In this document: positions 24,204 to 32,000 of the stretch, piece after piece
Numbering within the stretch: the first letter of the stretch is position 1
Layout of the letters: each line of letters begins with the position of its first letter
Assembly (NCBI RefSeq): GCF_000146505.1
Contig: NC_017448.1
Coordinates: 1,530,001-1,562,000, forward strand
From: Fibrobacter succinogenes subsp. succinogenes S85
Lineage (GTDB): Bacteria; Fibrobacterota; Fibrobacteria; Fibrobacterales; Fibrobacteraceae
Reading direction: 5' to 3'
DNA: 32,000 nt
Program-made: the position numbers and the translations under genes
The notes under the pieces: model-generated
Database searches by the model: none
The model's input: only the letters and a program-made list of their open reading frames with translations
What the model was told of the DNA's origin: nothing

Positions 24204-25894
24204 TATTTATTCTCCGTTTCTAAATTCTGTTCAACCGGTTGTGCAGATTCAGTTGCAACAGGCGCTTCAGTTGCGGCCTGCGGTTCTGTTGCGGCAGGTT
24301 CACCGGTTGCTGAGCTTGCCGAAGCTTCAACAGGCTTTTCAACCACAAGCTGTTTAGACACAAGGACTGTACCTGCGGTAGAGACTTCGCCGGCGGCTTC
24401 AAGGAGTCCAAGCCAAGCAATCACAGCATCGTAATGAGCCTTGATGTCCGCGACCTGCAAGCGGGAAAGCGCAAGTTCGGCATCCACAACTTCTAGACCA
24501 GTTGCAAGACCTGCTTCGTAAGCCTTATTCTGGCTACGCAATGCTTCAACCGCAAGCTCACGCGTCTTGACAAGGCTTGCGAGCCTCCCCTTTGCATGTT
24601 CCATTTCACGCCAGCGCTTTTCAACCAAGAGCTTCAAATTGTCAATCGTTTCTTCTTCGAGGCTTCCCAAAGAACGGTCCATCGCCTTTGCAGAGCTCAC
24701 CTTGGCACGGGTATCGCCACCCTTGAAGATATCCCACTGCATCTTGGCGCCAATTGCCCATTCCGGTTCAAGAATCGTCAAGTCCTTGGTGTAAAGTTCC
24801 TTGTAACCAAACAAAGCAATCGTCGGGAAGTAATCGGCGCGGGCAGCCCTAATCGCATTCTGGTTGCGCTTGCGTTCAACGCGAAGCTGGCGGAGTCCCG
24901 GATGCTTTTCAATAGCGAGCGCCTTGAATTCATCCATCGAGCGGATGCCTTCGGGAGATTCAACCGGCGTTGTTGCGGTGAGGCTTGTGTCCGTGTGCAA
25001 CAAGCTTGCAAGAGCCATACGGGCGAGCGACTGGTCGCGGAGGGCATCTTCGTAAGCGTTTTCGGCTTCGGCAAGGGCCACTTCGGCGCGGAGGCGTTCA
25101 GTCTTGCTAATCTGGCCGCCCTCTTCGAGTTTCTTGGAGCGGTTCAGATGTTCTTCGAGGTCCTTCTTGGTCGTTTCACGCATGCCGACAAGTTCTTCGC
25201 ACAAGCGGAGCGTAAAGTACTTGGTCGCCACATCCATGAGCACGGTGTTCTGCGCCATTTCAAATTCAGCCTTGCGGGCGTTCACATTCTCCTTGGCGGC
25301 ATCGTAAGCGGAATAAATCTTGAGACCGGTAAAGATCGGCCAAACGACGGTCAGGCGAGCGTTAAAGAACCAGTCATCCTGTACCTTCATGTTGAAATCG
25401 GCATCGTTGATGTTCTTAGTCGCGGCCGAGCCATACTGTTCCGCAGTCTGCTGAGCGAATGTTTCTGGAGAACTCGTGCCAAGCTTTTCCTTGAGGGCAT
25501 TTTCGGCATAAGCCTTTGCCTGGGCTTCGCTCCCCGTCTTGGCATAGGCGCCTTCGTAAGCCTGCTTATAACCATCGGAAGCTTTGTTGTAGGCCTCGAT
25601 ATAAGCCTTGGAATAAGCGGCAGCACCGGCTATATCGCCAAGCGGCTGCTGGATACGTCCGAGGTCAATATTAATGGGGTCATTGATTTTGGTAATGCCA
25701 GCCGACAGACTCACCGTCGGGAGGAAACGGGCAAAAGCTTCGTCTTCGCCACTTTGGGCAATATCCACTTTCGCCTTTTCAGCCTTGATTTTGGAATTGT
25801 TCGCCATGGCCATATCCAGCGCATCTTGCAAAGAAAGCGCTGTCGCATTAGCAGCCACGCAACCACTGAGAATAAAAGCAAAGTACCGTTTCAT
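24203..25894 (-). CDS. TolC-family outer membrane efflux protein
   Basis: Signal peptide MKRYFAFILSGCVAANA, then LSLQDALDMAMANNSKIKAEKAKV, a typical OEP start, with two coiled-coil repeats. The track start at 25939 is TTG; ATG 25894 gives a proper signal peptide. The C-terminal ~60 aa are P/A/E/T-rich. Confidence 0.85.
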   Translation of the reverse strand: MKRYFAFILSGCVAANATALSLQDALDMAMANNSKIKAEKAKVDIAQSGEDEAFARFLPTVSLSAGITKINDPINIDLGRIQQPLGDIAGAAAYSKAYIEAYNKASDGYKQAYEGAYAKTGSEAQAKAYAENALKEKLGTSSPETFAQQTAEQYGSAATKNINDADFNMKVQDDWFFNARLTVVWPIFTGLKIYSAYDAAKENVNARKAEFEMAQNTVLMDVATKYFTLRLCEELVGMRETTKKDLEEHLNRSKKLEEGGQISKTERLRAEVALAEAENAYEDALRDQSLARMALASLLHTDTSLTATTPVESPEGIRSMDEFKALAIEKHPGLRQLRVERKRNQNAIRAARADYFPTIALFGYKELYTKDLTILEPEWAIGAKMQWDIFKGGDTRAKVSSAKAMDRSLGSLEEETIDNLKLLVEKRWREMEHAKGRLASLVKTRELAVEALRSQNKAYEAGLATGLEVVDAELALSRLQVADIKAHYDAVIAWLGLLEAAGEVSTAGTVLVSKQLVVEKPVEASASSATGEPAATEPQAATEAPVATESAQPVEQNLETENK

Positions 25895-25904
25895 AGCTAC
25901 AATA

Positions 25905-25933
25905 ATAATACAAAAAGATGACAACAGCTGCAA
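25905..25933 (-). promoter_or_regulatory. Sigma70-like promoter candidate for the TolC operon (TTGCAG-N17-TATTAT)
   Basis: On the minus strand, TTGCAG lies at 25933-25928, followed by a 17-nt spacer and TATTAT at 25910-25905. This would leave a very short leader before ATG 25894, and no SD is visible. The promoter consensus for this phylum is unknown to me. Confidence 0.25.
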
Positions 25934-25962
25934 TTCCAAAACGACGCAATCCCTACAAGTAA

Positions 25963-25995
25963 TAAAAAAAGTTCCGACAAAATGTCGGAACTTTT
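25963..25995 (-). terminator. Rho-independent (bidirectional-looking) terminator after the LTD-lipoprotein operon
   Basis: Stem GTTCCGACA (25971-25979) / TGTCGGAAC (25983-25991) with loop AAA. Flanked by A7 (25964-25970) and T4 (25992-25995). On the minus strand the hairpin is followed by TTTTTTTA. Confidence 0.7.
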
Positions 25996-26086
25996 GGCGT
26001 AAAACTCAAAAAGAATAATTGTAGCTGTGAAATGACAGGATCCCCTCCCGCGTTTCACCTGGTCGAGGATGACTGTACGAGTAACT

Positions 26087-27793
26087 TTACTTGCCCGGAG
26101 TCGGGTCTGCTACTGTCCAACTGGTATAGCCATAACCCATCGTAGTAAAATCCTTACGATTGAGGCTCTTGCCCTTACCATCAGCTGCATACATATCCGG
26201 CCAACGGTCACTATAAAGTGTTGCGTCAGAAAGTTCATAGTACCATTGTTTAGAACCATCTGCCTTCGTTACAAACGAATAGGGCTTTTTCACAGCGACT
26301 GTTTCACCGCGGTTAGAAAGCTTACCTGCATAGAAGCGAATTGGCACAGCAGCATCAATACCGTAACGAGTACGGAGCTGAGATTCATAAGCCTTAAGAG
26401 AATCCCCAAAGAGGACCATCTTTCCGCCAGCCGGGATAACATCGGTCGATGCAAATTCCATATTCACACCTTCAATTTTCCAGCCCTGCGGAGTATTATT
26501 GACGCTTTCGACTAAAGTAACAGCTTCAGTTCCTTTATTTACAAGTTCCAAAAATTCAAGGTCCTTGAGGTCCTTTTCATTTTCGTGATAATGGATTTCA
26601 CTGATGAAAATCGGCCCAGCCTTAAGTGCAGAATTTGCAGTACCCGGAGTTTCCGTTGCCATAGCACCCTGAGCTACAGAACCAGCAACTTCAACAATAC
26701 CGCTAGACTGTTTACCAGAGAACACCATCAAGCTCGTTTCCTTACCTGTACGAGCGCCACCAGCAACTTCGTACAGATAAATTTCGTCGCCATTGTCGCT
26801 CAAGTAAAGGCCATCGCCAAATACAGCGGCAGTTGCTTCAAGAAGCAAATATCCATTGGCAGGAACAATCGTATTTGTACCACCGACAGTCCATTTTTTG
26901 CCCTTGAGCTTGGATTCGAGTTCCCAACCGGCAACGTCAACAGGTGCTGCGCCGACATTATAAAGTTCAACCCAGCCGTCTGAAACACCAAGCACGTACG
27001 GCTTGATTTCGTTCAAACGAATTGCAGAGGCATCAAGAACCTGATCGCCACCGGCACACGGATTGCCATTTGCCAAGGCGCTTGCACCCCAAGAAGTCGG
27101 GTCAGCTTCGTTGCCAGAACCGCGATACACGAGCGTATGGCCGTTACCATTGGCAAGGCTCGGCCAAGGCGGATTGTTGCTGAAGGCCGCACTGACGTCA
27201 CCTTCACCTTTAATCTTGACATCGACGACATCACCTTCGTTTGCAAGCTTTGCAACAGCGCTAGTTTTGGGATCAACATCCCAAGGGCCAAACACACGGC
27301 ACCCTGCAGGCAAGCTCGGATATGTCTGCTTAAACAAGGCTACGTCATTCGTTACAATAACATATTCACCTTTTTTCAAAGGTTCGGCCGGGAAGGCAAA
27401 GCTAACGGCACCATCCAAGCGGACGTTATTCAACTGCATGTTAGCAAGATCCGGACCCGACTTAATATAAACTTCGACCCATTCCAAAGCAGATGCATTC
27501 GGCGCATTATACATAATTTCCGAAACACCCATATAGGTCGAATTCGTATCCAAAACAATGTCTTCAGGATTCGAGCTAGAAGATGCCGGAACCTGAGATC
27601 CTGCAGAAGACGAAGAAGATACAGCGACATCCGAAGAAGAGGTCAAAACATCACCGCTGCTATTCGGCTGAACAACAGAGCTGCTCGAAGCATAGCTCGG
27701 CGGTGTTACGGGACTAGAGTCATCGGAGCAGGCAGAGAACATGCCGAGCACCGAGACACAGGTGCCAACAGCAAGCATTTTTTTTGTATTCAT
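26087..27793 (-). CDS. Lipoprotein with Ser-rich linker and three lamin-tail-domain (LTD)-like modules
   Basis: AAGGAAGG precedes the ATG. Lipobox FSAC. About 60 aa of S-rich linker. Three LTD-like signatures: VSEIMYNAP..LEWVEVY, LNEIKPY...DGWVELYNVGAAPVDVAGWEL, ISEIHYHE...EFLELVNKG. Confidence 0.8.
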   Translation of the reverse strand: MNTKKMLAVGTCVSVLGMFSACSDDSSPVTPPSYASSSSVVQPNSSGDVLTSSSDVAVSSSSSAGSQVPASSSSNPEDIVLDTNSTYMGVSEIMYNAPNASALEWVEVYIKSGPDLANMQLNNVRLDGAVSFAFPAEPLKKGEYVIVTNDVALFKQTYPSLPAGCRVFGPWDVDPKTSAVAKLANEGDVVDVKIKGEGDVSAAFSNNPPWPSLANGNGHTLVYRGSGNEADPTSWGASALANGNPCAGGDQVLDASAIRLNEIKPYVLGVSDGWVELYNVGAAPVDVAGWELESKLKGKKWTVGGTNTIVPANGYLLLEATAAVFGDGLYLSDNGDEIYLYEVAGGARTGKETSLMVFSGKQSSGIVEVAGSVAQGAMATETPGTANSALKAGPIFISEIHYHENEKDLKDLEFLELVNKGTEAVTLVESVNNTPQGWKIEGVNMEFASTDVIPAGGKMVLFGDSLKAYESQLRTRYGIDAAVPIRFYAGKLSNRGETVAVKKPYSFVTKADGSKQWYYELSDATLYSDRWPDMYAADGKGKSLNRKDFTTMGYGYTSWTVADPTPGK

Positions 27794-27827
27794 AAGCGCC
27801 TTCCTTATTTAATTGTTTAAATCCATT

Positions 27828-28646
27828 TTAGAAATTTCCCGCAAGTTGAGTCCAGTACGGGCTCTTGAAACGACGCGGATTTTCGTAAACACGTTTCCAT
27901 TCAGCGGCGGCATTTCCAAACTTGGAGAATGCACCGTGTTTTAAATTCAATGCACGAATCAGGTCGAACATCCAGTAAGGCATCTGGGCTGCCGGGCACT
28001 TGAGTTCAAGCACGGCATCGGCACCCGGCTGGAAGAATCGCGGAAGCCCCGTGGAATGCATGTAGTGCGGATCCACAGTATAGTCAAAGCCATTTTCTTC
28101 GCGGAATCGCATGCCGGTATCAATCGTCACGCGAGAATACTCTTCACGCAGTCCGAACCATGCACGACGCTTGTACTGCGTCAACAGACGCGGATGAGCG
28201 CCATGGAGTTCCGTCTTGTACAAGAAATCCTTGAGGTACATGCGGTCTTTATCGCTCTTGCACGGCCATTCCTCGGGCTTCATGTGCCAAACTTCGCCGG
28301 GATTAATTCCCTTGATTGTCGCACGGCTCTTGTAGCAGATGTTACGGATCTTGCGCTTGACCTCGAAATGGAACGTACCGTCCTGAGCGGGGTGTTCACC
28401 GTACGTGCGGATACGCATGTTGAAACGGTCCAAGAGCTGTTTCTTTTTCCAGCCGAGGAACGTCCATGTCGGCGTGTCCAGATAAAGATTCGTAATCCAG
28501 TAGAATCCACCCGGAGTAATCTTGGAATAATAGTCTTCTTCGCAATACGGCGCCAAGAACGCACCAATCCGGTCCGCCCATTCAACGGGGATATGGTACT
28601 TCAGTTCGAAGCGTTCAAGAAGACTAAATCCGCGGGCTTCAGCCAT
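27828..28646 (-). CDS. VTC-domain protein (triphosphate-tunnel-metalloenzyme fold, polyphosphate-polymerase-like)
   Basis: Beta-strand signatures typical of the VTC/TTM tunnel: ERFELKYHIP, NLYLDTP, FNMRIRTY, FHFEVKRK, SRVTIDTGMRF, AVLELKCP. Confidence 0.8.
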   Translation of the reverse strand: MAEARGFSLLERFELKYHIPVEWADRIGAFLAPYCEEDYYSKITPGGFYWITNLYLDTPTWTFLGWKKKQLLDRFNMRIRTYGEHPAQDGTFHFEVKRKIRNICYKSRATIKGINPGEVWHMKPEEWPCKSDKDRMYLKDFLYKTELHGAHPRLLTQYKRRAWFGLREEYSRVTIDTGMRFREENGFDYTVDPHYMHSTGLPRFFQPGADAVLELKCPAAQMPYWMFDLIRALNLKHGAFSKFGNAAAEWKRVYENPRRFKSPYWTQLAGNF

Positions 28647-28649
28647 AAA

Positions 28650-30008
28650 CTACCTGATTCCTTCACGAAGATGGTTCGTTACGTCTTGACGGGCAAGTCC
28701 ACCGGAGTAATCCAGCAACTCCAAATAGCGTGCAAAAATATCGTATTCGAGCTTAGCAGCCTTCAAGTCGCTTTCGAGAGCGCTTTCACGAGCGCGGAGA
28801 AGCAAGAGCGGGTCGGAACCGGCCTTGTGTGCAAACTGTTCCATGAAGCCACTGGCGTTCACTTGTTCGGCATAATCCTTCAAGACTTTCCACTGGTCGA
28901 TGAGCGTAAGGACTTCTTCGGTGAGACGGGCAACCTTCTGGTTCACTTCGCGGACTTCGTCCAAAAACTTGCTTTCGGCATCGAGCTTTTCGACCTGTTC
29001 ACGGAGGGAAGCATCCTTGTTGCTATCGAAGAACGGCAAGCGGAATGCGAGGTTCAAGAAGAACTTATCCGAAGTCTTGCGGTTATCTTCATCAGGAACA
29101 AGTTGACGGGTCGTGTAATAAGGATCAGCAATGCAAGCGTCAATATCGTAGTATTTCTGATACTCCGGTTTCTGCAAGTTTGCACAGTCCAAAGTCTTGT
29201 ACTTTTCCATCAAGGATTCAATCTGGAGCGAGTAGCCAATGCCCACATGCGAGATGTAGTTGCGGTCCTTGCTTGCATCCTGTTGCGCCTTGGAAATATC
29301 GGAATCGCGCTTGCCCTTGGCAAGAGCCACAAGCGGGAAGCTTTCGTCAACAGTCACGCCATTCTTCAAGAATTCGGCAAGTTCTTCCATCGTCGGGAGG
29401 AACGAGGAATCCAAATTGACATTGTCATAATCCGGAGCCCAGCTCAACATCTTGAGTTCGGCATCGCGGAGCGCCGTGCTGTCCGAAAGCAAGTTTGCCT
29501 TGAGCGACGCACTCTTTTCCAGTGAAGTCATCAAGTCTTCGGCATTGAACGAAGCAGAACCGGACTTGAGGTGGAGAACCTCGATACGGTCCTGAATAAC
29601 CTGCAAAAGTTGCTTGTTGATTTCGTTAATCTTCTGGCGAAGTACATAGCGCACGCCGCGTTCGTAACGGTCGTAAAGGAGGATCGAACGTTCAACGGCA
29701 AAAGTAGCCTGCTGGTAATTCTTAACGGCCTCATAGTGTGCCTTGTCGGCAGCGCGTTCACCAAAAGCCTGCGGGGTCACGCGAAGTTCAAAGTCATGCT
29801 TGGCAAAGCTAAAACCGTCCAGCTGATAGCGGAGTTCCACCTTGTCCCAAAGCTTGAGGTTGCGTTCTTTCGATGTCGCCTCGGCGCGTTTTTCAGCAGC
29901 CTCATACCTCGGATCTGCCTTAGCGGATTCGATCAGGCGTTCCCATGTGAGAGGGCTTGCGATTGCCGCCGCAGTCAGTGCAAGCGTTAAAAAGGATACA
30001 GTCTTCAT
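28650..30008 (-). CDS. TolC-like outer membrane factor (putative)
   Basis: Signal peptide MKTVSFLTLALTAAAIA, then LTWERLIESAKADPRYEAAEKRAE, an OEP-like N-terminus. The sequence is long and helical/coiled-coil rich. Its ATG overlaps the upstream stop (TAATG at 30006-30010). Confidence 0.55.
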   Translation of the reverse strand: MKTVSFLTLALTAAAIASPLTWERLIESAKADPRYEAAEKRAEATSKERNLKLWDKVELRYQLDGFSFAKHDFELRVTPQAFGERAADKAHYEAVKNYQQATFAVERSILLYDRYERGVRYVLRQKINEINKQLLQVIQDRIEVLHLKSGSASFNAEDLMTSLEKSASLKANLLSDSTALRDAELKMLSWAPDYDNVNLDSSFLPTMEELAEFLKNGVTVDESFPLVALAKGKRDSDISKAQQDASKDRNYISHVGIGYSLQIESLMEKYKTLDCANLQKPEYQKYYDIDACIADPYYTTRQLVPDEDNRKTSDKFFLNLAFRLPFFDSNKDASLREQVEKLDAESKFLDEVREVNQKVARLTEEVLTLIDQWKVLKDYAEQVNASGFMEQFAHKAGSDPLLLLRARESALESDLKAAKLEYDIFARYLELLDYSGGLARQDVTNHLREGIR

Positions 30009-31117
30009 TACTTCTTAGCCTTCTGTTGCTGCTTTTCCAAGTTGCGCTTGCTCGTTTCGGTGATGGTCACCATTTCGCCAAGCAAGAACTGATTTTCTTC
30101 GGGAATCTTGATGGTCACTTCGCGGCCATAAACCGGGATTTCCGGCATCTTCCACATGCGGGTCGGGAACGGCACGATGCGGCTCGAAAGGCCAACCACT
30201 TCGCCAATCACGGCCTTGCCCTTACCGGTAAGAGAGGTGACCTTCACGGCTTCGCCGAGGTTCGTGTTTTCGTAAATCTGTTCGTTGATATAGCCACGGA
30301 TAAGCGTCGGGGACTTGTGGGCAAGCGTCACGATCGGGGCAAAGCTAGAGACCTTTTCGCCATCGCGCACGTTCACATCACCGACAACCCAGTTTTCCTT
30401 GGCAATCTGAGTGAGTTCCTTCTGCTGTTTGCGGAGTTCGGCAAGTTCCTTGCGGATGTTTGCAGCTTCGGTCTTGCCGCTAGACTTCTGGAGTTTGTTG
30501 CTACCACGGAGGAGGGCAATCTGTTCGTTGGCGCTCCTGGTTGCAACTGCAAGTTCGTTCTTGAGGCTCTTGATGCGCATAGCCATGGCATCGTTGCCAT
30601 CGGCCTTGGACTTGGAGTTCGAGAGGCTCTTGAGCTTGGCAGAAATAGCCTTGTTGCTTTCGTATTCCGCTTCAAGGTTGCGAATTTCAGCCAAAAGTGT
30701 GAGGCGACGAGATTCAAGGTTAGCCTTGACTTCGGCCACCTTCTGGTCGATTTCGGCAGAGCTCAAGTTGCTGCGGCCTTCGAGAGCGTCAAGTTCACGG
30801 GTGAGTTCGGCAACGCGGAGCGTGAGGTCCGGACGGTTGATAACCACGATAGTGTCGCCCGGCTTGACTTCCTGGCCCGGAACCACGTAAATCTTGACGA
30901 TTTCGGTCGGAGACGGAAGGCTGATAATCGTTTCGCTGGATTCGGCAATGCCACGGAACATGGCCGCCTTGCCCTGGTAAATGAAGCCGAGCATCACGGC
31001 AAACACGACGCATGCCACCCAGGCAATAGAAAGCTTGTGGGTATAGACGTAAGCGACACCCGCATTGTTCTTGTGGGTATTCCAGAAATTGTCGAGAAGA
31101 TCTTCGAGCTTATTCAT
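30008..31117 (-). CDS. HlyD-like membrane fusion protein
   Basis: AAGGAGG precedes the ATG. N-terminal TM segment (IAWVACVVFAVMLGFIY), lipoyl-like IVKIYVVPGQEVKPGDTIVVINRPDL, ~150-aa coiled coil, and C-terminal beta-barrel (VVGDVNVRDGEKV..., LIRGYINEQ). Confidence 0.75.
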   Translation of the reverse strand: MNKLEDLLDNFWNTHKNNAGVAYVYTHKLSIAWVACVVFAVMLGFIYQGKAAMFRGIAESSETIISLPSPTEIVKIYVVPGQEVKPGDTIVVINRPDLTLRVAELTRELDALEGRSNLSSAEIDQKVAEVKANLESRRLTLLAEIRNLEAEYESNKAISAKLKSLSNSKSKADGNDAMAMRIKSLKNELAVATRSANEQIALLRGSNKLQKSSGKTEAANIRKELAELRKQQKELTQIAKENWVVGDVNVRDGEKVSSFAPIVTLAHKSPTLIRGYINEQIYENTNLGEAVKVTSLTGKGKAVIGEVVGLSSRIVPFPTRMWKMPEIPVYGREVTIKIPEENQFLLGEMVTITETSKRNLEKQQQKAKK

Positions 31118-31130
31118 TTTTCAAACCTCC

Positions 31131-31814
31131 TTACATTTCCGTCGTAGCGTCTTGCATCATGAACTGGACATCCGAAATGCCTTCAACCTTCGAGAGGAGC
31201 GTGAGGATTTCGGCAGCGGGCTTCGTTGCGCGGAGGCGAATCTGGTAAGCGACGTCCAAGCGAGCACCGCCATCGACTTCACGCATCGTAATCAAAATAA
31301 ACGTCTTTAAATTGCCCTTCATGATATCTTCAACCTGGCCACGGACCTTGGGTTCGTTCGGGAGAGCAAAGCGAAGCATGCCGTCAAAGAAGTGCTTGGT
31401 ACCAAGACCCGTGCGAGAAAGCAGGAATGCTACACAGCTGAAAGCGATTGTACCGCCGACTGCGGCACCCCAAGCGTAAACACCGCAACCGATACCGGCG
31501 CCGAGAGCGGCGAAGATGAACATGATATCGCGCGGGTCCTTGAAGCTCGTACGGAAGCGGACCACCGAGAGAGCACCCATCATACCAAGACCACGACCAA
31601 CGTTATCGCCGATAGCCTGCATCACCATGGCAGCGACCACGGCACTAAGCACAATGCCCTGCACAAAATTTCGCGAGTACGAAAGTCCGAGGAACGTCTT
31701 TTCGTAAGTCCATGCAATCGTCGAAGACAGGACGAACGCGAGAATCAAGGTGTATGCAAGCGTAATAATCGTTGCGTTTGTTGAGCTGGACTGGACAGCA
31801 AGAAGGTCAAGCAT
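31131..31814 (-). CDS. DUF4956-family integral membrane protein
   Basis: TM segments plus the signature SVVRFRTSFKDPRDIMFIFAALGAGIGCG. The track start at 31859 is TTG. ATG 31814 (MLDLLAV...) is preceded by ACGGAG and is preferred. Confidence 0.75.
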   Translation of the reverse strand: MLDLLAVQSSSTNATIITLAYTLILAFVLSSTIAWTYEKTFLGLSYSRNFVQGIVLSAVVAAMVMQAIGDNVGRGLGMMGALSVVRFRTSFKDPRDIMFIFAALGAGIGCGVYAWGAAVGGTIAFSCVAFLLSRTGLGTKHFFDGMLRFALPNEPKVRGQVEDIMKGNLKTFILITMREVDGGARLDVAYQIRLRATKPAAEILTLLSKVEGISDVQFMMQDATTEM

Positions 31815-31914
31815 AATAACTCCGTTAATTAATTCTTTTTTATGGCCCGTTTTTTCCAAAATCTACTTAAAAACAAGCCTATCACACTCGCAATTTTGTA
31901 AATAATGGACTAAC

Positions 31915-31948
31915 AAAAAAATTACAATCCGCTTTTTTATTACGGATT
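31915..31948 (-). terminator. Terminator-like hairpin for a minus-strand gene lying beyond the right edge
   Basis: AATCCG (31926-31931) / CGGATT (31943-31948) with an 11-nt loop. On the minus strand it is followed by GTAA and then T7 (A-run 31915-31921). Confidence 0.35.
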
Positions 31949-32000
31949 TGGGCGAATATCACCCAATTTTTTTATTCCAGGCTGTAGAACCCACGCTAAA

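Overview
This 32-kb chromosomal segment resembles a Fibrobacter-like (FCB-group) bacterium in gene content, many lipoproteins and an APH-like paralog family; that assignment is inference only. No rRNA, tRNA, CRISPR array, integrase or transposase was seen.

(1) 1-7.9 kb, envelope and housekeeping block: a cytosolic LRR protein, two overlapping S41 peptidase lipoprotein paralogs, an M23 peptidase, an FKBP PPIase and glmS.

(2) 7.9-15.3 kb, a visibly AT-richer accessory island between glmS and scpA. It holds a frameshifted two-gene toxin-antitoxin-like pair. It also holds a 1655-aa protein with three modules (DEDD-exonuclease-like N-terminus, RecQ-type SF2 core, UvrD-type SF1 core). Next to that lies an ORF6N DNA-binding protein with a PLD-like C-terminus carrying HxR instead of HxK. 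This island is my best candidate for an undescribed anti-mobile-element or defence system.

(3) 15.3-20.7 kb: scpA with a ~420-aa acidic low-complexity tail, a GNAT acetyltransferase, two tandem APH-like kinases and a Zn metallopeptidase.

(4) 20.8-25.9 kb: a TolC-HlyD-2x ABC-2 permease operon with no ATPase gene.

(5) 26.1-31.9 kb: a tightly packed five-gene operon of DUF4956, an HlyD-like adaptor, a TolC-like protein, a VTC (polyphosphate-polymerase-like) enzyme and a triple lamin-tail-domain lipoprotein. This is a second candidate novel system, a trans-envelope polyphosphate machine.

All family names come from motif recognition by eye. None was verified by a search.
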